NCBI GenBank assembly: GCA_964602115.1
Contig: CAZRQN010000002.1
Span: forward strand, 248-64,247
DNA length: 64,000 nucleotides
Reading direction: 5' to 3'
Origin: an uncultured Rhodobacterales bacterium
GTDB taxonomy: Bacteria; Pseudomonadota; Alphaproteobacteria; Rhodobacterales; Rhodobacteraceae
Below the pieces are notes generated by a model. It saw only the letters and a program-made list of their open reading frames with translations, was not told the origin of the DNA and did not search any database. Every line of letters begins with the position of its first letter. The first letter of the stretch is position 1. Made by a program: the position numbers and the translations under genes. Positions 58,119-64,000 of the stretch are shown in pieces.

Positions 58119-59383
58119 CGGATCATCAAACCACCAAGCGCCGCAGCAAGGCCGATCAATGCGCCATCGGCCTTGGGCCGGGCGGCAAGCTGGACCGAGG
58201 CGGGCAGGCCATCTGCAAGGCGGACGGGAACCGCCACTGCGGGAATGCCTATCGTATTGGCCCACATACGAAACTCGGCACCGGCCATGCCATAGGGCAC
58301 CCATTGGCCATTGACCTGCGTGTGTTCATCAGCAAGACGCGGGGCAAGACCGGGGGCGACCGGGGCGAGCATGGCGTCGAACTGGTCAAGCTGGCGGTGC
58401 CAGATGGCGCGATGTTCCAGGGCCAGGCCTTTGGCTTCTTCATATTCTGCAAAGGAAACCGCACTGGCCGATTGAACAAAGGCCCGGACTTCTGGCGACA
58501 CCTGTTCGGGTCTGGCCGCGATATCCTGCCCGTAGTGGCGGGCGAATTCATGGCGCAGAATGATGCGGCCCGCCTGGGCCAAGGCTTCGGCGCCCCTGAC
58601 TTCCATCGCAACCACCCGACCACCACCGGCACGAATGGCGTCCAGCGCCCTGTTCAGCGCCTCTTGCACGCTGATGTCCACCACGCCGTAGAGCCCGGTG
58701 GGAAGTGCGATGACCACGCCTTCCAGCGTTGCGGGCGCAACCGAGGCTTCGCCGCCAAGCGCCGCAAATGCCTTTGCGAGTGTCACCCCATCCGGTGCCA
58801 GGATGCCCAAAGTATCCAGTGTCGGGGCTACGGGCAGCACACCGTCCAGTGAAACCGTGCCATTCGTCGGCTTGTACCCGTAGATGCCCACAGCTGCCGC
58901 GACCGAACGGTTCGACCCGCCGCTGTCGGTGCCAAGCGCAAAGTCGCAAAACCCCGCAACCACCGCCGCCGCTGACCCGCTGCTGGTGCCACCCGTACCG
59001 TGGTCAGGTGACAGAGGGTTGATCACCTGTCCGAACCACGGATTGCGGGCGGAACCCACCGCCAGTTCATGCATGTTGGCTTTGGCCAAGACCACCGCCC
59101 CGGCGGCTTGCAGGGCATGGACGCAGGCCGCATCTGTTGTTGCCGGCACTTCCGGGAACAACCGCGAGCCGCCTCCGGTCGGCAGACCCGCCACGTCGAT
59201 CTGGTCCTTGGCGACGAAGGTCAGGCCCAGCAGCGGTTTTTCACCTCTGGCCGCATCGACCGCCACCGCGCGCGCGCGCGCGCCGGCCGCATCAAGATGG
59301 GTCAGCGCCCGGATGCGGTGATTGTCGCGCGCGATCGCCGCGAGCGATGTCGCAACCGCCGCCGTGGCGCGTCCGTCAGGCAT
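58115..59383 (-). CDS. Amidase-signature family amidase
   Basis: It contains KDQIDVAGLPTGGGS and GGTSSGSAAAVVAG (the AS signature). The ATG at 59383 overlaps the upstream stop by 8 nt. Confidence 0.85.
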   Translation of the reverse strand: MPDGRATAAVATSLAAIARDNHRIRALTHLDAAGARARAVAVDAARGEKPLLGLTFVAKDQIDVAGLPTGGGSRLFPEVPATTDAACVHALQAAGAVVLAKANMHELAVGSARNPWFGQVINPLSPDHGTGGTSSGSAAAVVAGFCDFALGTDSGGSNRSVAAAVGIYGYKPTNGTVSLDGVLPVAPTLDTLGILAPDGVTLAKAFAALGGEASVAPATLEGVVIALPTGLYGVVDISVQEALNRALDAIRAGGGRVVAMEVRGAEALAQAGRIILRHEFARHYGQDIAARPEQVSPEVRAFVQSASAVSFAEYEEAKGLALEHRAIWHRQLDQFDAMLAPVAPGLAPRLADEHTQVNGQWVPYGMAGAEFRMWANTIGIPAVAVPVRLADGLPASVQLAARPKADGALIGLAAALGGLMIR

Positions 59384-60500
59384 GAGCGACCCTCGCCTGC
59401 TTTTCCGGCGTATCGAAGCGGGCCAGGCTGAATGGTGCCATCTCGGCGGGGAAGCCCCCGTCGGCGATCCATCCGGCGATCCTGGTCGCATGGATCGCCG
59501 CCAGCGACACCCCGCTGTGACAGGTAACCAGATAGGCCCCGGGTGCGATTTCATCATAGATCGGCGCGTTGTCAGGGGCGAGGATCCGCAGCGCCGACCA
59601 ACTGCGTACCAGACGCACATTGGCCAGGAACGGGAAATACCGGATCGCCAGCGCGGCGATGTCGGCGGTCACGTCAAAGGTGGTCGAGGTGTCATAGCCC
59701 ACATCCTCCCAGCTTCCGCCCAGAAGGAAGGTGCCATCCTTGGTTTGCCGGACGTTTTCGCTGGGAAGGGTCAAGATAGGCGCACAGCGCTCCGTCACCA
59801 GAATCTGCCCGCGCATCGGGATGATCGGCAGGCTGACCCCTAGGCTTTCGGCCAGTTTCACGTTGCCAAGCCCCGCCCCCAGCACAACCTTTTCGCAGGT
59901 GAAACTGCCTTTCGCCGTGATCAGCCGATAGCCGCCCGGAGCAGGCTCGATCCTTTCAACCCGCGCGTCGCGCCGCAGGCTGCCCTCCTTCGGGGCGATA
60001 GCCGCATGAGAGGCGCGCAGCAGTTTCATCGGGTTGGAACTGCCATCTACCTTGCAGAAGATGGCGCCGGGGAACCGGTTGGAAACGCCGGGCATGGTGC
60101 GGGCGATGTCGGCCGGCTTCATAACGTCGTAGTCCAGCCCGCAAACCCTGCGCAGCCTTTCCATCATCGCTGCGCGGTCCTCCAGGCTTGCCTCGTCGCG
60201 GCAAAAGACAAAGCCGCCGTTCTGCTCCAACTCCAGATCAACCCCGGTTTCCGCTTCCAGCTTTGCCGCGAATTCAGCCCAAAGCGCCACACCTTCGCAG
60301 GCCCAGGGGGCATATTCCTCCAGATGTGCGCCCTTGCCCTGCGCCCAGACCAGGCCAAAGTTGCCCCGGCTAGCCCGAAAAGCGGCGTCGCCCTCGTCGA
60401 ACAGGGCGACATCCGCGCCTTGCTGCACCAGCCCATAGGCAACAGCCGCGCCCACCAACCCGCCGCCGATGACGGCAATATTCGCATGCGCGCGGGTCAC
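59376..60500 (-). CDS. FAD-dependent oxidoreductase (DAO family; HcnC / opine-oxidase-B-like)
   Basis: The N-terminal dinucleotide fold is IAVIGGGLVGAAVAYGL..G..VALFDEG. It is the third gene of a small-FeS / two-flavoprotein trio. Confidence 0.8.
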   Translation of the reverse strand: MTRAHANIAVIGGGLVGAAVAYGLVQQGADVALFDEGDAAFRASRGNFGLVWAQGKGAHLEEYAPWACEGVALWAEFAAKLEAETGVDLELEQNGGFVFCRDEASLEDRAAMMERLRRVCGLDYDVMKPADIARTMPGVSNRFPGAIFCKVDGSSNPMKLLRASHAAIAPKEGSLRRDARVERIEPAPGGYRLITAKGSFTCEKVVLGAGLGNVKLAESLGVSLPIIPMRGQILVTERCAPILTLPSENVRQTKDGTFLLGGSWEDVGYDTSTTFDVTADIAALAIRYFPFLANVRLVRSWSALRILAPDNAPIYDEIAPGAYLVTCHSGVSLAAIHATRIAGWIADGGFPAEMAPFSLARFDTPEKQARVAHA

Positions 60501-61870
60501 TCTGCAGCCCCCAATGCGCTGGCAATCCGGCCGAGCGGGATCGGCTTCAAGGGCGCGCGGATGTCGTGGCGGCCGATGGCCCGAATGTCACAGCCAAGTT
60601 CCTCGGCCATGATTTCCGCTGCGGCCATGGCACAACCGCGGCCCTGACAAGGTCCCATCCCGCAGCGGGTAAAGGACTTCAATTGGCTTGGCCCGGTTCC
60701 CCCTTGCGCCACCGCCAGCCGGATTTCCCCCGCCGTCACGTTTTCGCAGCGGCAGATGACAGTTTCATCCGCCGCCTTGGCTGCGCACGACAGTACAGGC
60801 GGAAACCGCATTTCCAGAAACGGCCGGAATGCCCGTTGACGGCCAGATTCCCGCAGCAGAGGTGCAGCGCGTGCATCCCGTACCGAAATATCGATCACCC
60901 CCAACTGTCGCGCAATTTCCAGTGCTGCAATCTCACCCGCCAATTCGGCCACCCGCGCGCCCCAGATGCCCGTGCAATCCCCCGCCGCGAAAATGCCGGG
61001 AAGCGAGGTTTCGCCCCAGCCATCCACAACCGGAGCAAAGGCATGCTGCGAAACCAGCCATCGTTCCGCGCAGCCCAAGGCCCGCGTGAGGTGATCATTG
61101 GGAATGACGCCGTCATGCAGCAGGACCAGATCAGCCGCAATCTCGTGCCGCCCCCGCGCATCGGTGAACGCCACCCCTTCCGCATATTTGCTGCCGATGA
61201 CGGAAACACCGGTTGCCCGTCTATACCACGGAACGCCCGCCTTCCGGATCGCCCGCCCCAGCCCCAACCCCTTGAACACCATGTCCGGCGCATTCAGGGC
61301 CGTTGGGAGCTGGCGGACATTCGCCCGCAATCCCATGCGGGGGGTCGTTTCCACCAAAGCTGCAGGCGTCACCCGCAAAGCCAGCAACTGCCGCGCCAAT
61401 AGCAGCAATAGCGGCCCGCTGCCCACCAGAACCACACGGCCCTTCGGCACCAGAGCCGCCGTTTTCAGCATCACCTGTGCAGCACCCGCATGCATCACAC
61501 CGGGCAGCACTGACCCCGGAATGGGCACGGGCCGCTCCATCGCGCCGGTTGCCACAAGTACCTTTTTCGGCGTTACCCGGCGCGTGCTGCCCGTCTCGCC
61601 CAGCGTGAAGCACTGGCCGTCCTGATCCACCCGCCAGGCCAGCGTCCCGCTGTCGATCTGCCCAACCCGCGCCAGGAGGGCCGCTCCCTTGGCGTGATCT
61701 GCCCCAAAGACCGCATCCGTCACCGGCCCCGCGATCCCGGCATAGAAGTTCCCGCCGGGTGCTGGTCGCTCATCCACCAGTGCAACGCCAAGCCCTAGCG
61801 CGCGCGCCGTTGCCGCTGCCGAAAGCCCCGCCGCCCCGCCGCCGATGATCAACAGGTCCGGCGCGCTCAT
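60497..61870 (-). CDS. NAD(P)/FAD-dependent oxidoreductase with a BFD-like [2Fe-2S] motif (HcnB / opine-oxidase-A-like)
   Basis: It contains LLIIGGGAAGLSAA and a second nucleotide fold VVLVGSGPLLL. The C-terminal part reads CRCENVTAGEI...CGMGPCQGRGC. Confidence 0.8.
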   Translation of the reverse strand: MSAPDLLIIGGGAAGLSAAATARALGLGVALVDERPAPGGNFYAGIAGPVTDAVFGADHAKGAALLARVGQIDSGTLAWRVDQDGQCFTLGETGSTRRVTPKKVLVATGAMERPVPIPGSVLPGVMHAGAAQVMLKTAALVPKGRVVLVGSGPLLLLLARQLLALRVTPAALVETTPRMGLRANVRQLPTALNAPDMVFKGLGLGRAIRKAGVPWYRRATGVSVIGSKYAEGVAFTDARGRHEIAADLVLLHDGVIPNDHLTRALGCAERWLVSQHAFAPVVDGWGETSLPGIFAAGDCTGIWGARVAELAGEIAALEIARQLGVIDISVRDARAAPLLRESGRQRAFRPFLEMRFPPVLSCAAKAADETVICRCENVTAGEIRLAVAQGGTGPSQLKSFTRCGMGPCQGRGCAMAAAEIMAEELGCDIRAIGRHDIRAPLKPIPLGRIASALGAAE

Positions 61871-62193
61871 GCCGAAAGCCCATCTTGCCGCCGGATGCGC
61901 ATGCCTTCCCGCACAGATATCAGACAGCCTTGCTGGTTGGCCTGCCCATCAACCTCGATCAGGCACTCAAAGCAGACCCCCATCATGCACAACGGCGCGC
62001 GTGGCTGGCCCGAAACGACCGACACCCGATAGCTCTCCGGGGTAGCTATGCGCAGAAGCAAACCCGCCACCGTCTCCTGGTCGCGCGCCAGAACGGGACT
62101 TCCGTCCAGCTCGACCCGGACTGTCGGGGGAATGCCATGAACCGGCCGGAACAGCGGCCCGCGGGCGGGGAGTTGCTTGTCTGACTTGTTCAT
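61867..62193 (-). CDS. Small (2Fe-2S)-binding subunit (HcnA-like)
   Basis: The 108-aa product reads VRVELDGSPVLARDQETVAGLLL....PLCMMGVCFECLIEVDG...QGCL..V.EGM. Confidence 0.7.
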   Translation of the reverse strand: MNKSDKQLPARGPLFRPVHGIPPTVRVELDGSPVLARDQETVAGLLLRIATPESYRVSVVSGQPRAPLCMMGVCFECLIEVDGQANQQGCLISVREGMRIRRQDGLSA

Positions 62194-62286
62194 AATCCCA
62201 ACCTAAGTTATGCCGGAACACCGCGCCAATTCCAAAAAAGCCCAATCCTTGGTCAAAAGGTTATGAAGTTGCGCAGGGGGGATTTG

Positions 62287-63204
62287 ATGGACGACGAAGA
62301 TTTCAAACCGCGCGAGATAGAGGTTTTTGCCGCCCTCATGATGCATGGCACCACGACGCGTGCCGCCGAGGCGCTGGAACTGACCCAGCCCGCCATCAGC
62401 AAGACCCTGGCAAAGTTTCAGCAAAAGGCCGGGTTTGAGGTGTTCAAGAAACACCGCCAGCGCCTGGTCCCGACGCAAGAGGCGCATATGCTTTATGCCG
62501 AAGTCCAGCGCACATATGAATCAACCCGCCAGATTTCGCGCACCGCTCGCGATATTCGCAGCCTGCGCAACGGGCGGCTGAACATCTGCACTCTTCCGGC
62601 TATCGGCACGACTATCCTGCCCGGTATTATTGCCGAGTTCTCTGCCGAACATCCCGATGTGCCCGTTACCATCGACATCCGCGCCTCGGCCACCGTCATT
62701 GAACGTGCCAGCCGGGGCCAGATCGACCTTGGGATCGCCGTCACCTCGATGATCGAGAACCCTGCCGTCACCCGCCGCGCGCTGACGTCCACCAGGGCCG
62801 TTTGTGTTCTGCCAAAGGGGCATTCCCTAGCGGCCCTCGCCCAGATCGCACCGTCGGATCTGGCGGGTCTGAACTTCATCTCGCTGGGCCACGGCGACCC
62901 ACTGAGAATGCAGATCGACCGGGCCTGCGATGACGCGGGCGCCACCCGCAACATGCACATCGAATGCACCTTGGCATCTGCCTGCCTAGGCCTTGTGGCT
63001 GCGGGCGCAGGGATCAGCATTGTCGATGACATCTCGGCCTTCAGCATGCGCCACATGATCGACTTCCGCCCCTTTGTGCCTCAACTTCAGATCGAACTCA
63101 GCCTCTATCGCCCCTGGGGCACCCTGCCTTCGGCCATCGGGAACGCCTTTACCGAACACCTTGTCCGGCGCGTGAAGGAGATTGAAAAGGGCGCGGTGTG
63201 CTGA
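62287..63204 (+). CDS. LysR family transcriptional regulator, divergent from the oxidase operon
   Basis: The ATG follows AGGGGGG. The HTH is REIEVFAALMMHGTTTRAAEALELTQPAISKTLAKFQQKAGFEVFKK. The ORF opens at 62263. Confidence 0.85.
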   Translation: MDDEDFKPREIEVFAALMMHGTTTRAAEALELTQPAISKTLAKFQQKAGFEVFKKHRQRLVPTQEAHMLYAEVQRTYESTRQISRTARDIRSLRNGRLNICTLPAIGTTILPGIIAEFSAEHPDVPVTIDIRASATVIERASRGQIDLGIAVTSMIENPAVTRRALTSTRAVCVLPKGHSLAALAQIAPSDLAGLNFISLGHGDPLRMQIDRACDDAGATRNMHIECTLASACLGLVAAGAGISIVDDISAFSMRHMIDFRPFVPQLQIELSLYRPWGTLPSAIGNAFTEHLVRRVKEIEKGAVC

Positions 63205-63226
63205 AGCGCAGTTGTCTGCGCGGTCT

Positions 63227-63315
63227 GTCAGACGAATGCGAACTCGCCTCTTCTTGCCCTACCCATGCCGGCCGTCAGGCAGCGAGGAGCCCGCGCCACT
63301 CGGAGAGAGCGGCGG
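63227..63315. repeat. Copy B of the 89-nt mobile-element tail repeat
   Basis: By hand alignment, 75 of 89 positions are identical to 39879-39967. The minus strand reads ...HLNTYKQTHAAALSEWRGLLAA-stop. It begins 23 nt after the LysR stop and is followed by the IS5 element. Confidence 0.5.
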
Positions 63316-63423
63316 CATGGGTCTGCTTGTAGGTGTTGAGGTGCCCCCAGGGTCAGGACCCATTGATCTGCCTGAGGCCGCCCGGCCTGCGTGATTCAAG
63401 CTCCCGAACTGACCGGGGTGTTG

Positions 63424-64000
63424 ATGAGCAACCCTTTCTGGCTAACCGCCGAGCAGATGGAGCGGTTGGAGCCGTTCTTCCCAAAAGCCATGGCAAGCCG
63501 CGGGTGGATGACCGGCGCGTGTTGAGCGGCATGATCTTCATCAATCGCAATGGCTTGCGCTGGTGCGATGCGCCGAGGGAATATGGCCCGCCGAAGACCC
63601 TCTACAACCGTTGGAAGCGGTGGGGCGACATGGGTGCCTTTGCGCGCATGATGGAGGGACTGGCCTCCCAGGGCGGCGAGGAAAGGATCGTCATGATCGA
63701 TGCGACCTGCCTGAAAGCGCATCGCACGGCCTCGAGCCTGCGGGCGAAAATGGGGGGGGGCCGATGATCAGCGCGGGCGCCTGATCGCGCGCACGAAGGG
63801 GGGGCTGAACACCAAGCTGCATGCCGCCACTGACGCCAGGGGACGACCCCTGAAGTTCTTCATGACCGCAGGGCAGGTCAGCGACCATACCGGAGCCGCC
63901 GCCTTGCTGGGCAGCCTGCCTGCTGCCGAGTGGATGATCGCAGACTGCGGCTATGACGCCGACTGGTTCCGGGATGCGTTGAAACACAAGCGGATACGCC
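63424..64000 (+). mobile_element. IS5-family (IS427-group-like) transposase gene, frame-broken, running off the window
   Basis: The N-terminal part is MSNPFWLTAEQMERLEPFFPK. The middle part is SHGKPRVDDRRVLSGMIFINRNGLRWCDAPREYGPPKTLYNRWKRWGDMG...IDATCLKAHRTASS. The C-terminal part is GRLIARTKGGLNTKLHAATDARGRPL.FFMTAGQVSDHTGAAALL...ADCGYDADWFRDAL. The three segments lie in frames 1, 0 and 1. The breaks occur at A4 (63484-63487) and G9 (63752-63760). Confidence 0.75.

Overview
This is a high-GC, densely coding window. Codon usage and gene content suggest an alphaproteobacterium of the Rhodobacteraceae type, which is an inference. All calls come from reading the ORF translations and the DNA by eye; no searches were run.

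Contents from left to right:
1. The 3' end of an ABC substrate-binding gene, followed by tctCBA.
2. A LysR gene, then a same-strand ten-gene locus at 5.96-18.8 kb. It encodes three dynamin-superfamily GTPases, one with a degenerate G3 motif. It also encodes a Roadblock/LC7-like small protein, an unknown protein and a membrane Hanks Ser/Thr kinase. An FHA protein, a PP2C phosphatase and two paralogous LysM-SBP fusion proteins complete it. The locus ends at a clean terminator. This is my best candidate for an undescribed system.
3. A regulator-only block at 18.9-23.4 kb with three paralogous LysR genes and one AraC gene.
4. An apparent FNR/ANR-type low-oxygen regulon at 23.8-39.5 kb. Six perfect TTGAY-N4-RTCAA boxes occur here, all in intergenic DNA. 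The genes are elaB/yqjE-like, a host-attachment (baeRF) protein, a divergent Crp/Fnr pair, an ftsH paralog, a HlyD/FtsX/ABC efflux operon and arcDABC.
5. A roughly 23-kb catabolic mosaic at 40.6-63.2 kb, bracketed by direct copies of an IS tail and split by an IS3 orfA scrap. One half is a sugar-type ABC module with an LVIVD beta-propeller. The other half is an opine-like module: Dpp-type ABC, aminotransferase, ornithine cyclodeaminase, RidA, amidase, HcnABC-like oxidase and LysR.
6. The window ends inside an IS5 (IS427-group) element.

No rRNA, tRNA or CRISPR array was seen.
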